DNA from: Magallana gigas
Lineage: Eukaryota
DNA: 64,000 nucleotides
Assembly: GCF_963853765.1 (NCBI RefSeq)
Contig: NC_088855.1
Coordinates: forward strand, 39,184,001-39,248,000
Direction: 5' to 3'
Part shown: positions 24,974 to 39,042 of the stretch, in pieces
Layout of the letters: each line of letters begins with the position of its first letter
How positions within the stretch are numbered: the stretch's first letter is position 1
The notes under the pieces: model-generated
Database searches by the model: none
What the model was told of the DNA's origin: nothing
Seen by the model: only the letters and a program-made list of their open reading frames with translations
Position numbers and translations under genes: made by a program

Positions 24974-27579
24974 CGGTGTTGTATAGCAGTTTTTCCCCCA
25001 TAGTAGCTTTTCCCTCCGGAAAACCTACTATATATTAGCCTTTCCCCCCGGGGGGAAAATCTACTATATAGTAGCTTTTCCCTCATAGTAGGGTTTCTCC
25101 CTCACGTTTTTGGTTCAGATATTATAACAAATATTTATGGAAATCCAGAAAGGATTAAAATCAATGTATCTACACTCCCAGGTTGCATACATGTATATCT
25201 GCATTCATCTGTACAGGTTAAGTTTCGTTTTGCCGATTTATTATTTTTATAGACAATGCTGAAAGTTAAACATGTGTGTAATGGAACTACACATAGAACT
25301 TAATTAAGGTAATTTATTGAAAAAAGTTTTACAAGTTATACACTTATATGCATAATTCTGTGTTCTGAAATTGTATTAAACGAGAAAGTTTTAAGAATTT
25401 CTTGATAAATTTATCAGACTGTTTGTCTGTTTGTGAAAATTTCATCCAGGCTAAACCTCTGTTTTAGAGAAATTTTGTTTCCGATGTGTCAGAGCCGATT
25501 TTAAAAATCCTATTATAAAAAAATAGTGCATATTGTTTAGGGTCCAATGTCTCATAAACTAGAGATGACCATATCACATATATTTTTATAGTGGGAGTGG
25601 TTTACCACTTGAAGATGATTCCGAAAATTTCAACCCTCAGGGTTGATGTTTCAGGGCCCGATGTTAAAAACCCCATTATAATGATTGAATAGTGCTCTAT
25701 CAAATTCTAGAGATGACCAATTAACCATATTTTCACAGTGATAGTGGTATACCACTAGTAGATGACACCGAAAATTTAAGCCCCCATGCAGGGTAGGAGC
25801 CTTTGTTGTTTTTGAGCTCGATGTTTGAAATCCAATTATAAAGAATATGTATTTTTTAGGGCCCCATGTCTCAAAAACTATAGATGACCACATAAACATA
25901 TTTTTACGGTCATTTAAAAGTAAAAACATCATTTAAAAATACACAATCACTCGTATATATCTTTATCAAAATGATTGAAAATTACCTTTAATTCATTCTG
26001 CTGCTCTTTTTTTAATTTACGAACAAAATTTTTAAAAAAGGAACGCGGGTAAAATTCATTATTCTTCAAAACATTTAATCAATTCATAAGATGACTAATG
26101 ATATAATAAATAATTAGATAAATAAATCTTTAAACTTTTATTCATAAAAGGAGAAACTGAAAATCAAAAATAAATAACCAACCTAAGCGCATATACGCCT
26201 TTTTTACTTGTCAGTTGATTAGAAGAACAAGCTTACATTTTAAAAAAAAAATCAGCTCATCACGATATATGTGTTGGTTGTTTTTTTTTTTTTTTTGTTT
26301 TTTGTTTTTTTTTTTAATTACCCTTGTTTAATTGTTCGAAGAAATAATATGGTACACAAGTAAATCTTTATTGCAAAAATATGAAACAAATAGTATAAAT
26401 TTTTTAGGTAATGGAATCGTATATCTTGATTTATATAGCATCGTTTTCAAAATTGTATATTTATAAATCACGTTGCAAACTTAAAAATGGAAAAATTAGC
26501 AAATAGTGAGTGCCAATATAAACATAAAGTTAGTTCAGGCTCCATTTCTCATTTTCCAAAGTAACCAGCAAAGATACCGACATTGTTCTGGTTGTGAAGA
26601 CATTTCATTGTTTTATTTAAATGTTTACATCATAATATCTCGCGTTTCGTAGAATTGTGCTTAAAATATGAATATGCGTAACTTTAAAACGAAATGGTAA
26701 ACACTAACTTTACTCATGCTTTTAATACATAATTAAAATACCCCTTAACCATGATTTAGAACCCCATCAATCAAAGTAAAACTAAAACATTTCAGTTTCT
26801 CATCATATCATTGCATCCTGTCTCCCGTTTGATATTTAGAAGAAGAAATATATACTAGTAATTGTTTTTAAGTTCGTCAATTCTAACGGTATTAATTTAA
26901 AATTGATGGCCTTTTGGACGAAGGGAGTAATACATTTCCACTTTTTATTCCCTTCCTCTACAAAATTAAGTCAAGATTGGTCAGTTAGTTCCCTGGGAGA
27001 AGCTTATACATTGATGGTAATACATTGGAAAATTAAATTTCCAAACCGGCGTATTTTCACTCAAATGTGTTCTTACGTGTTCATAACGTCGAAGTCAAAA
27101 CTGTAGATAAGCATCGATTAGATGAAAAAGATTCGAGGTATTCCGAAATCCGTGTAAAAGGTGTACCAAAAAGGGGTGAGAACAGGTGAAATAAACGATG
27201 ATGACACATGCATGTTATGAAGGCGCATGCCTTAGTTCATATTTGGGGTTGAAAGACCATATATTTTTTTCGAGGTATTAATAAATGCCATAATTATCCT
27301 TTTTGTGAGAAATTACTATCATATCAGTTATTTCAAATTATTGTCACGAATGGTCCGCAATAAACATAGCCGGAAAGTAAAAATGGGGGAAAATCCACTA
27401 TATAGTAGGTTTTCCGTGGGGGTAATCTGGCTATAAAAAGGGGGAAAGCCCACTATATAGTCAGCTTTCCGTGGGGGAAAAACTGCTATATAGCCATTTT
27501 TCCGGGGGGAAGAACTGCTATATAGCCATTTTTCCGGGGGGAAAGATGGCTAGGGGGAAAAGGCACTATATAACAACGG
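24974..27579. mobile_element. Non-autonomous DNA transposon with TA-flanked imperfect TIRs and subterminal repeats
   Basis: ta|cggtgttgtatag ... ctatataacaacgg|ta. Clustered ctactatatag/gggggaaaa subterminal repeats at both ends; internal ~150-bp tandem units (ctagagatgacca...) near 25540-25900. Confidence 0.6.
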
Positions 27580-28299
27580 TAATCCACATATGCGACCTTT
27601 TATTATTTATCTTAAACTAGTGATAAATTTACCTAGATATCTATGAATTATTAGTATATTATCATAACTTTCTGGTCTACTGAAAATTAAACAAAGCACA
27701 AGCTAAAAAGACAATCTTAGTTGCGAAGAACACTATACAGCGGAGACATTTTTTTTCTTTCTCAGCTCAGTGGTGTATTCTGATTAGCACAGGTGTGAAT
27801 GCCTGCAGGGCTTCTTTTACCCGTGTTCATCTGTTGTGAAACCCTCTGCTAATACATTATACACACCGGAAGAGATTTAAAAACAAAGGGACTACATGGT
27901 GTGTGCAAATTATCGACAAAATACTCCTGGTTTTCTTTTTTCAGATTCTTAAACAATTGGTCAAAATCTAACCCGCTATCAATATTAATTTGATAGTCCA
28001 CAAAGTAATTTATTAAAATAATACGGTCATACATAAACCATACGCAAATGGCCGACTGGATTATGTAAACAAAGACATCTTTAAGATACAAGTACATTAG
28101 CAAAAGAGAATAATTAATTCATTTAACTTTAATAAATGACTACGGGTAGGACCTTTTCTTATAGGGGAAAGCCGGACCTTAAATGTTAACATTAAGGGTC
28201 CGGCCGGACCATTTTACGGGGCGGACCTTAAATTATACGACACCGGTAACACGGTCGAAATATTTTGAAACAGTGTTTTAAAGTTTTTTATTATTCATT

Positions 28300-28431
28300 N
28301 NNNNNNNNNNNNNNNNNNNNNNNNNNNNNNNNNNNNNNNNNNNNNNNNNNNNNNNNNNNNNNNNNNNNNNNNNNNNNNNNNNNNNNNNNNNNNNNNNNNN
28401 NNNNNNNNNNNNNNNNNNNNNNNNNNNNNNN
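28300..28431. other. Assembly gap (132 N)
   Basis: Run of N seen directly. Confidence 1.
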
Positions 28432-29189
28432 ACTCGCTTTAAACAGTTGCATTTTCTATGTAATAATTTGATTAATTTAATAAACTTAGGATGTTCTTAT
28501 TTTTAGAAGTCTTAACTTTCTTTTGACCTTGACTGGCTTGCTAACCAGTTTCAAGTATGGATAAGACGTCTTATAATCTAACAAGCAGCGAGACTAAATT
28601 TTTCAATAATAAATCAGTTGGTATGCACCATCTTTCTTTAAGGGACAATAACGTACTCTATCATTGATAAATGAATCTCACATTTGGCGGCTATGTAAAG
28701 AAATATCAATAAAAGTTTGAATTGATTTGTATCGCCGCCCTTTACACAGAATGCTTAAAAGAAAACGGGTTTTTCAACAATCATGTTCTTACGAGACCTA
28801 AGGGGCTACCAAAATGGTTTCAAAGGACTCCTGAAACGACAAAATATTGGGCGACAACCATTTGAAAAGGAGCAAATTCAGAATTTTATAATGCAGGAAT
28901 TAATAACACTAACAAGATTCAATTCAGCCAAGAAAGCTAGCATTCAAAAGCAGTTTAACATTAAAATAACGCCTGATTGGAGTACTGAAATCTAAACATA
29001 ACATACACATGTAATCAATATGGGTGCTGGGAGGGGGATAAGAATAAGAGGATAGGTACAAGAAAATTCATCACCCATTTTATCGATACAGAAATGATCA
29101 AACAATTCATTGACACTGAAGCCTATGGCGGTGCATGACATGTGAATTGTACAGAGGTTCAGTTAATGTAAATAAAGAAATGAAATATT

Positions 29190-31463
29190 TTACAGTGAAA
29201 CACTTCGTTGGTACGCATTTGGATTCCAAGTATTTTTTCTGCTTTTTAGATCGTTAAAAGACAGTTGTCGGTATCCAATTTCTCTGTATATTTCTCTGCA
29301 ATGTTGGTCGACTATTCGATGATACGTCGGTCTTATAGTTTTTATCCATTTGAATGCATTATAACTTGAATTCCCCCTGTTTGTACAGTAATTACACTTA
29401 GACACTGGCCCAGTTGTTAAATAGTTCACAAAACCTTCTACATTTCTATCAAAGCGGGCATTTAAAAAATTGTACAGTTTTTTTGAGACCTCGATTGGAT
29501 GGACAGCAAGATTCTCGTACACAAGTCGCTGAAGTCGACCTGGATAGTTTACCACCAACGACTTCATATCAATGACGTCATTATGCATTTGTGTACATGT
29601 GAGATTGGATATATTACTAAATTTAATCTTGTCTGCTAAACCCTCGACCAGCTGTGACTGCAAAATTGCCCTAGGGTCTCGAATAAGATGAACAACCTTT
29701 AACGAAGGTAGCCTTTCGAGCAATTTACTTACTGAGGCCATGGGCAATCGAATGGTTTTATATATCCGTGAATTGGCTATTTTGCATCGTTCTTCTAAAA
29801 TGTGTAAACACTTATCAATGGTTCTTATGAGTGCAGATTTCATTCGGAGCCCTCGTAAGCAATTGAAATACGTGTCATGTTCAGGTGTAAAAATGTGGAT
29901 GAACTCGTTGGATAAACTTAGTAGGTCAATTTGTCGGAAATCACAAGTAAACCAATTGTACAACATATCCGCCATCATATTATTTATGTTTCTGTCATCT
30001 TGTGCGATTCTGAAAAGACAAGAAACAAAATGATCAACAAAATAAAAATTCTTAATGTATGTAAATGTATGAAACATGATAGACAGTCTTGACGTAGAAA
30101 AAGAGTGATATAAGACTGTGATTTAAATGAAACTTTTATAATATAATTAACTTAAATAAATCTCTCAAATAATTTATGTTTCGACACACATTCACTTGCA
30201 ACTAACCATTAAATAATATTCCGTTCATTTATGCGCTCTAGCATATTTTTCAACAAGAAAAAAAATCGGTTTTGCTAAATACTTCAAGGTTTAAACACCA
30301 ATTTTAAGTAAAAAATAAATGAACAAGCAATTAAGACAAGATTCAAGTTCTGATAAACTCTTAACATACTTTGAAAAAAAAGAAACCCTAAGGAATTATT
30401 CTTATTCCTAGTTTAAAAAAACGGTATCACATTTTAATGCAAAACAACAATCATATACATGTATTGCATACGAAATCACCTGATAAAAGTAATACTAAAA
30501 CAAATTTAACATCTGTAGCAAGAAAATTGTTAACAAATTATCTAATTTACATAATTTTGAGGAGAGGTATTACATTGTAGTTTAAAAAAATAAAAGAAAA
30601 AAATCTTGTGTAAACATATACCTTATTCTTGTCCCATTCAGAAATCGAACGGGACTGTTCTGCTTTATTGAGAGTTCAATCAATCCATGGAGTGGTTCAA
30701 ATATATAAAAATCTCCATGGTTGCAGCGAATAATGTCAGCGGTTAAGGATGACCCACTTCTCATGTAACCTAGCACCAATGTCATGGGCACATGTACTGT
30801 TAAATAAAAAATTACCGAAAAAAATTGAAGAATATATAAATTATATTATTTTCAGTTTCTTTCAGAGCTTCATCTTTTATAAATATTTCTGTTTTTACAT
30901 TAGAAAGAATACCCGCAGACTTACTGCTTTTATTTCCTTCCAAAGATGTTTTCTCATTGTTACATTTTGTAATTTTAATACTTGATATCTTTGAGACTTT
31001 GTATTGCTTCCTAAAGAAGTCTAAAAGGACAACAAAAAATATACATGTCTACACACCCAAAACAGAACATTTGGTACACGATACATTTCATCTGCAGATA
31101 TTTTTAAAATTTGTGTGTGTAAAATAAAAATAACAGAAACCGATTCAAAACTCTACCGGTTTCATTGTAATCAAGATTACAATGAAACCGGTAGTGTTTT
31201 GAATCGGCTTTCTGTTATTTTTATTATATATATATATAATTTAAAAAAAACAATCATTAATTCCTATTGCTTTTACAAATCTGTGAAAAATTTGTTTTTA
31301 GAATATTGCATGAACGACCTACAACAAAACTGATTTTTAAATTACCTTTGCCCTCTTCAGGTCGTAGGAAGTAGAATCCATGAAACGCACATAAAATAAT
31401 GATACATGTAATTGCAAGGAATAATATAAATATTTTTCTTTTTACCGTAAATATCAGTTGCAT
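29190..31463 (-). CDS. Carbohydrate (CHST-like) sulfotransferase paralog C, complete, ~370 aa
   Basis: Exons 31463-31346 (MQLIFTVKRKIFILFLAITCIIILCAF..., phase 1), 30796-30622 (175 nt, YMRSGSSLTA) and 30009-29190 (LIRDPRAILQS) total 1113 nt in frame. Confidence 0.88.
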
Positions 31464-32602
31464 ATTTTTTTCTAAACGAAACAGTTCTTACATAGTAGAC
31501 CAGTTTGTAAATTGACGTATTTCGCATTATTCCGCCAGGAAAATAAAGGGCTTTCACGAGAAACAGTGTACATGACGTCATGACCGAGAAAACTCTAATG
31601 TATGTTCCGCTTTTTAAAGCATACAAATATATCGCCTTCAAGATTTAGTATATTTTCCCAAATCAATTATACAGCTAAACATTGTCTTTACGCAGAAATT
31701 TTCCTCGCGGAACACGTCCATAGAGTTTCAATTACCAAAAAGTAGTTTTTTATGATTAATTTGATGGGTACAAAAATATAATAAATGTTAACAAGCGTTT
31801 TCTTTATACAAACACACACGGAATTACTGGGACAGAAGTCACTCCTTAAACTCCAAATCAATATTTTGCCAGTTGTGTTTGTCTTTAGTCTACAACAAAA
31901 CATGCAAGTATTGAATGCTGAAAGTTGAAGAGCCCATAATGGGAATATACAATAAATGATGACATTGGGGTGTTTGAACTTCAAAAACAAGTTGCTAGCC
32001 ACTCATTGATGTATCTGTTTACAAGTCAACTGCAAACATTAACAGGCCTTTTTGAATATACTTCGATCGATTGTTTGGAATTTAATACTCTAATGAGGTT
32101 TTTTAATATAAACATATTAACCTCAATGAACCATATAACATTGAAACTTAAAAAGTTTTAAAAAGCTAAAATACCGATATCTTAAAGAAAAGTTTATGTT
32201 TCGTCACTTATTTTTTTAGGAATGATACACAACTTACGACAGATGAATCTATAGCAATTATACTATCTCAATGGATTTAACGACCATGGATTGATGCGTT
32301 GAGATTCGTTTTGATCACTTTTTAAACACTAATGATCCCACAACAGTCACAAATTACAGATTGCCGGTGTTATATTCTTTATACACACTTTATACACTTA
32401 GTTCATACAAAAGATATTTGCATATTCAATTATGAAATAAAATTTTATTCATAATTAAAGTATATATATGATATATATATTTTTTTCATTAGTCCCTGCT
32501 CGGTCGTTTGATAATTTTTTTTTAATATCACTCTGTATTAACCGATGTCTTTTTCATTATTAAAAATGATACAATGAAAGATGTCCTCTTTGAAATATTA
32601 TA

Positions 32603-32743
32603 TAAATAGTGCCTGTTTGGGAGGGTAACAGTTGAAATTGACACCCCGAGAAAACCATTGTCAACCGACGCGAAGCGGAGGTTGACAATGGTTTTCGAGG
32701 GGTGTCAATTTCAACTGTTATCCTCCCAAACAGGCACTATTTA
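32603..32743. repeat. 141-bp near-perfect palindrome (hairpin element)
   Basis: 64-bp arms taaatagtgcctgtttggga...tgtcaacc / ggttgaca...ggcactattta with about 3 mismatches and a 13-nt loop gacgcgaagcgga. Confidence 0.9.
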
Positions 32744-34423
32744 TTTTGTTATACTGAATGTCTTAATTTTAAGAAAATTTTACTGCTTTTATATAGGAGT
32801 AACGTGAATTCTACAGCGAACCGTACGCGCATAATTTTCGCGCATGTAACATTTTTTAATGTTACCCGTTGCTAAGTGCGTTGCTAACGCTGAGGGTAAT
32901 AGAAAATATTATTAACTGCGTCTTAACCAATCAGATTTCAGTATTTAACATGAAAGTATAACAAACATGAAATATTACTAATTAATCATCGTATTACATT
33001 ACAAGATGGTAATCTGATTGTATATATTGCATTACCTGCTGTAGATTTCTCCATCGACAATAAGTACATACCACTCCTGTAACTCATAAATAACTTTATG
33101 ATTATAACAGAGAAAAAGGCCGTGTACAATAGACATTTTGATTTACCCATATTTTACGTAAATGAATTTGAAGCAAGACAGAATATATATTAGAACTGTG
33201 AAACAAGGCGAGTTGAGTATCTACAGGAACGACTAAACACTTCGTGACTGTCTCTAGCACCCGACGTTTCCTCGGGTATATAAATAGCGTCTCTTCTTCA
33301 CGCCTTTTTTTGGTTGTAAATACGTTATTTAAATTGTTTTTTTTTTAAATACGGGGTTGGTCAAATCATTCGATTATGTTTACACAACGTGTGCAATTCA
33401 AATTACACGATTTATCATTGTGCAAGATTCTCTATATACGTATTCATCTATACATTTAAAGTATACCCCTTTTTAATGTTCCTGCGATTTTAACCCCTAT
33501 ATATTATTCAAAACCTTTCATATGTTTTTGTTTTAACTCGCAAAATTATTCTTTAAGAATTATAAAGATTCAAAGTTCTTGTTTCCAAATTATTCGAGTG
33601 TCAACTACAACGGTTAATTGATTGGTAGTAAATTTAAATATCTGTATGGTTTAATTTATAAACATTCAAATGTTTGTACCTTGCTATTAGTTTTATTTGA
33701 ATGTGCTGTAAACCATAAGTTTTATTCTATAATATCAAAACGCATTTTAAATACAAATGAAGAATATTTTATTGTCATACATGCATGCGATATTAAAGTT
33801 AATTTTTTTTTATTTATAAGAAATGTTCCGCATATTAACAAAACAAATAAAAAAGAATATTTAGGGGGTTAATTTTCGCCGTTTTAAACCCAGTTTCACA
33901 TGGGCTGGGCCGCAGGTACCCTTTAACCCTCCTCCTGACCCACAAACAATTTCTTTTCCTCGTCATTTTGTAGACGGACTTTATGCCTCCCTACTTTACA
34001 TTCGCATAATAAAACACATTCTAGTTCAGCATTATTCAGCAAAGCATTGGTCTTTTTGTCAATATTATTAAAACACAATTTTAAAGATAAAAGAAGGAAG
34101 ACTAGTAAAGTTGATAAATATTGATTTACACAATTATACAAACGTATATATGCACGTTTGATGTTCAAAGTTTTCAACCGCCCGGTACATAACATAGAAG
34201 GTATACTCAAATGAAATAAAACTCAGTATAGCTTTAAATATGTAGGCTTCAATTTGTTTCAAGCGTTCGATATGTTTCGTGTACTGAACGTTAAGGCATG
34301 AAAATCTTTTCATCGATATTTTGATAGACACACATTATTTAAAACGGTACTTGTTTTCATTTATATTCTCTACTGTACATATATATCATGCTATCTCTCT
34401 CGGATTTTTTATAAATGGAATAT

Positions 34424-34561
34424 GGAATCATTCTTTGAGCATTATGAGGTGATAATTTCGGTCGGGCGTGATAAAATCCAATAAAGCCATGAGGGCTTTA
34501 TGATAGATTTATTCATGCTCCGACCGAAATTATCACCTCATAATATTCAAAGAATGATTCC
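34424..34561. repeat. Palindromic interspersed repeat; further copies at ~42631-42779, ~45416-45525 and ~53152-53278
   Basis: ggaatcattctttga...tatgaggtgataatttcggtcgg / ccgaccgaaattatcacctcataa...tcaaagaatgattcc arms. Possibly Crypton-type non-autonomous (unverified). Confidence 0.7.
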
Positions 34562-34852
34562 TTATCAATATAAATAAGCAAACCCCGCTGGAGTTATGGG
34601 TTATATAATACAAAATCGATACGTAGTGTTATCACAGACAAAGGCACTGGAAAATGTAAATATATGACGTTAAAAGATAAAAACACCAGCTTGTTATGAA
34701 AAAATCGTAGATGCTAGGATAATAGAATGATCTTATCTTGAAAGTACCACGCCTTCCTAAAATCCTGTGATAAGCAATAGAAAAATGGTAGTTGTTTACA
34801 AGTTTTTATCTTATTTTCTTTAATGAGCAGCATGCGAAAGGCATACTATAAA

Positions 34853-35318
34853 AGGGGCATGGTCACGATTTTGGTCAATTTTTTCCTTTTTTGATATTTC
34901 CAACGCTTAAGTGGAGCATTTCTAATAGTCAACCAAAATATGAGTGTCGGTCGTCGAGTTATAAGCGAGATTTAGAGCTCACAAGTCTTTGCTATGTAAA
35001 CAAAGCTCAGGTCTTGGTTTTTGTTTACGTTATGAATGTTACAAGAAAATTTCAGGTTTAGACCCAGAATAAATGTGAAAAGCTCTAGGAACTGTTTATT
35101 TATGTTCAAAACGATTTAGCAGATAAAAAATAAAATTGAAAAAGAATTGTTACCGTTACATAGAACTAATAGACATATAGACGGCACGAACCTTTTTACA
35201 CAACAAACATCTCTGCGACTGACACTCAAATTTTGGTTGATTATTAGAAATGCAATAGTAAAGCATTGTAAACAATGAAATTAGAAAAAGAAAAATTTAC
35301 CAGAATCTTAACCATGGT
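34853..35318. mobile_element. Kolobok-like MITE, degenerate right end
   Basis: Begins aggggcatggtcacgattttggtca; interior matches 49032-49522. Confidence 0.7.
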
Positions 35319-35797
35319 CTCTCTCTCTCTCTCTCTGAATTCCAAAAATTTAAATAATTTTTGAAGCTTAAAAAACTGCCTGGGGCTCGCCCACTACCCT
35401 GGACAGGCAGAAAGATGTCCGAATTAACAGGTATGTACTTCTCGTATTTTCCTGTTCTTCACTCTACCAGTCACCTCTCTGGAAACAAATATGAATTAAA
35501 ATGTTTTATTTGCCTTTTTCTTTGTTACAGGATCGTAAATAATGAGCTCTAGGCAACCAGATTAGCTCAGTGAATATGTACATTATGAAAATATACAACC
35601 ACAAAACATTTACAAAAAAACGCTTAAAAATCCAATTTATTCATTAATAAGTTTTTTGTAAATCCTAAAAAAAATATCGTTAAAAATCTTTATTCATCCA
35701 AGTTTCAACAACGTTAAACATTTAAAGTATATGCTTCGATTTTGAAAACAACCATATCTATATATAAAAGAGTTATATGCAGTCACATAACCATTCT

Positions 35798-38700
35798 CTA
35801 TACCTGCATGAGGTCAACGTGCGCTTGCCATGTTTCTTTTACCTTCTTCAATTGTTGATAAGACAAATACCTGTATGCAAGTTTTTGATAGACATTAGAG
35901 CAATATTTGTCTATGACTTTCAATCTATCTTCCTTTATGTCTTTCTTCCATTTGTATGCATTACCCAGTGCATCGCCTCGCTTTGTACAAAAAGAACATT
36001 TCAATATGGGCCCAGTTGTAATGTTTCTTATCTGGTATTTCACGATCTCCATGTATGGAAGACGTAAAAACTGATACATTTTGCCAGCTACAAATATGGG
36101 GTTCCTACAGAGGTTTTCGTAAGCCAATCGTTTAAGCCTAGATGGATATTTTGTGTAAAGCTTATTGAATTCTTCAATATCATTGTCGATTTGTTCACAT
36201 ATCATCTTTGATTTTTCCTCGAGTTCATTCCAGCGCAGCATCCCAACTCGCGCCCGAGACAGAAACATTCCCCGAGGGTCACGCACTAAATATATCACCT
36301 TCAGATGTCGAATTGTCTGTAAAAGATATTCAACTGACTTCATTGGGGTTCTTATTGTCTTAATGGTCACAGAGGTCATTGAAAGACATCTATCTTGTAG
36401 TATACCGACACATCTCTGTACTGTTTCGATGCTTATATCTCTTGTTTTGTTCCGAGGACCCAAACACGTTACATATGTTTCATGCTCTGGTGTAAAAACG
36501 TCAAGAAAAAAGTCCGTCAGGCTTGCCATGTCCAATTCCTCAAAATTACAGGTAAACCAGTTGTAAAGTGTTTTCGAAATGAGATCGTTAATTTCATTTA
36601 CAGTTGATATAGCTCTAAAATATAAAAGGAATTCAAGGCAAAATTAATATTTGAAATAAAAACAGAATTAGTAAAAATGGACTTAAGATCCCTACAATAT
36701 ACATTTCACTTTTTCATAAAAAGTTATCAAAAACACCAACCTAGTTGATCCATTTAAGAAAGTAACTTCTGTTTGGTTTTGTAATGATTTTATTAATCCA
36801 TGAAGAGGTTCAAATAAATAGAAATTCTTCGATTGCAAGGTCAGTATTTCTCCAGTCAGGGTTGAGCCAGTCCTTGCGTAGGCCAACAATAGAGTCATTC
36901 GCACTGCCCGAGACACTGCGTAAATACAGACTTGCGTCTTATTTAACATGTTTCAAACTATTCACCAGTAAAACTACATTTATTAAACGGATGACAAATT
37001 TAAAAAATATTTACTGGTATGCAAATCAAACGAAGGAACTAGTATATTAAAATGAATAGAATACTGTAGAATCATTTAAATTCGAGGGGGCCAATTTTCT
37101 TGGATTGTGGGTTTTTTGTTTATTCGTGGGGATGTTATTTCGTGGGTGCGTCGGTTTTCATTTTCAGTAGCAAAGATAACTCTTTCTTAATTTGTTTTCG
37201 TTGAGGATGCAAATTCGTGGAGGAGGGCTACCCACGAATACCACGAAAATTGATCCACCACGAATTCTAATAATTCCACAGTATGAGAAAAAAGATGATT
37301 TTTTTACAATATATAAAAGATGAAAGAGTTATTAAGAGCACATCACATATTACGCTAGTATGTGGTCACAAAACAAAAATTCAAAGCTCTGGCTAAATAA
37401 AGATCACGATCAACTAATGTAAATGTGATCTAAGAATACATAAAACAGAGTATGAAAATCTCTGGTACCAACGAACTCCTCGAAATAGACATTCAAAGAA
37501 CTCCCAGTATGACACAAGGTTATACCTTTGGCAGAGGTCCTCTTCGTTCTCTGTTCAGTTGCTGTCTTAATTTTGCGTACTTTTGTCAGAGATTCTTGAG
37601 TCTGAAACTGAATGTCTGTAAGATGAAATCGTCTTACAAATTAATTGTGGCCTTGTGACCTTCAGTTGTTGAAAATAGGGATTGTCTCAAGTTGTCCTAT
37701 TTGCAAAGTTTCTGAATAGGTCCGACAACACGTTGGTATTACATGATATCTTAAAACACTACTGAAAACTACGTACTCCACGCGGTGATCAAATTAACCC
37801 GAAAAAAAATGTTGCCAAAACAATCAAATCAAGTCAAAATACAGAAAACATGTCCAATGAATCAGGTGTAAAGCGAACAAGTCCCTGGTCACAATAAACT
37901 GGAGACAAAGAAAGTCAATCATAATACGCAAATGATAAAGTAAATCTGTCAAAATAAGCAAGAGACAAGCAAACCTGTCATAACGAACCATTCATATAGA
38001 AACCCATCAAAACGAACCAAACATATAGAAACTTCTTATAACGAACAAGACATATATATAGAAACCTGTCTAACAACTGAGACACATAGAAACATGTTAT
38101 AACGAACCAGAAACCTGTGTTAACGAACCAGACAAATAGAAACCTGTTATAACGAACCAGACATGTAGAAACCTGTTACAACGAACAAGACATATAGAAA
38201 CCTGCCATAAAGAGCAACGTACACGTATATAGAAATTTATATTTACGAACCAGGTATATAGAAACCTATTATAACGAACCAGACATATAAAAACCAATGA
38301 CAATGACCATATCTACTGAAACCTGCCACAATGAACCATACACACAGAAACCTGTCATAACGATTCAGACATATAGAAACCTTTCAGAACGAACCAGACG
38401 TATAGAAACCAAAAAGAACCAGGCATGCAAAACATGTTACAACAAACCAGATGTAAAGTAAACCTTTTATAATGAACCCGTCACAAAAATAACAAACATG
38501 GAAAGATAAATAAATGTTCTGTTCATAACAAAATCAGAAAACCAAAACAGATATTGCAATCTGGTTTAAGGTGGTATGGGACACCTCCATGCTGTGACGT
38601 ATTATTTATCGAAAATAAAATCAAGTATAATTTCATAAATACATTCTTTCCCAATATTGTCACCTAACAGCGTAGCGCATTAGGAAAGAGGGTTCACTAC

Positions 38701-38983
38701 GGACCTGTGCGTTATGAGTTCGAATCCTGCTGGGATTTTACAATTTTTACCTTTCCCAACATTTTTAAAACGTATTTTTTGATTGAATATTGTGAATTTT
38801 AAAAATTCCAAACCGATGAAAGTATTTCAATTACGATGTACTTTAATCCAAATAAATACCGACTGATGTCCCATACCACCTTATACGATCACAGGGATAC
38901 ACTAAACCTGTCACAACAAGCAAAGAATTAACAGACCGAAGATATAAAATTCTTAGACAGCATTTTAGAGGAAAACAAACCTC

Positions 38984-39042
<59 letters not shown>

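Noticed and set aside
37965-38450. CRISPR-like array from ~30-bp repeats
   Set aside because: Units are contiguous degenerate tandem repeats without unique spacers, in a eukaryotic intron with no cas genes.
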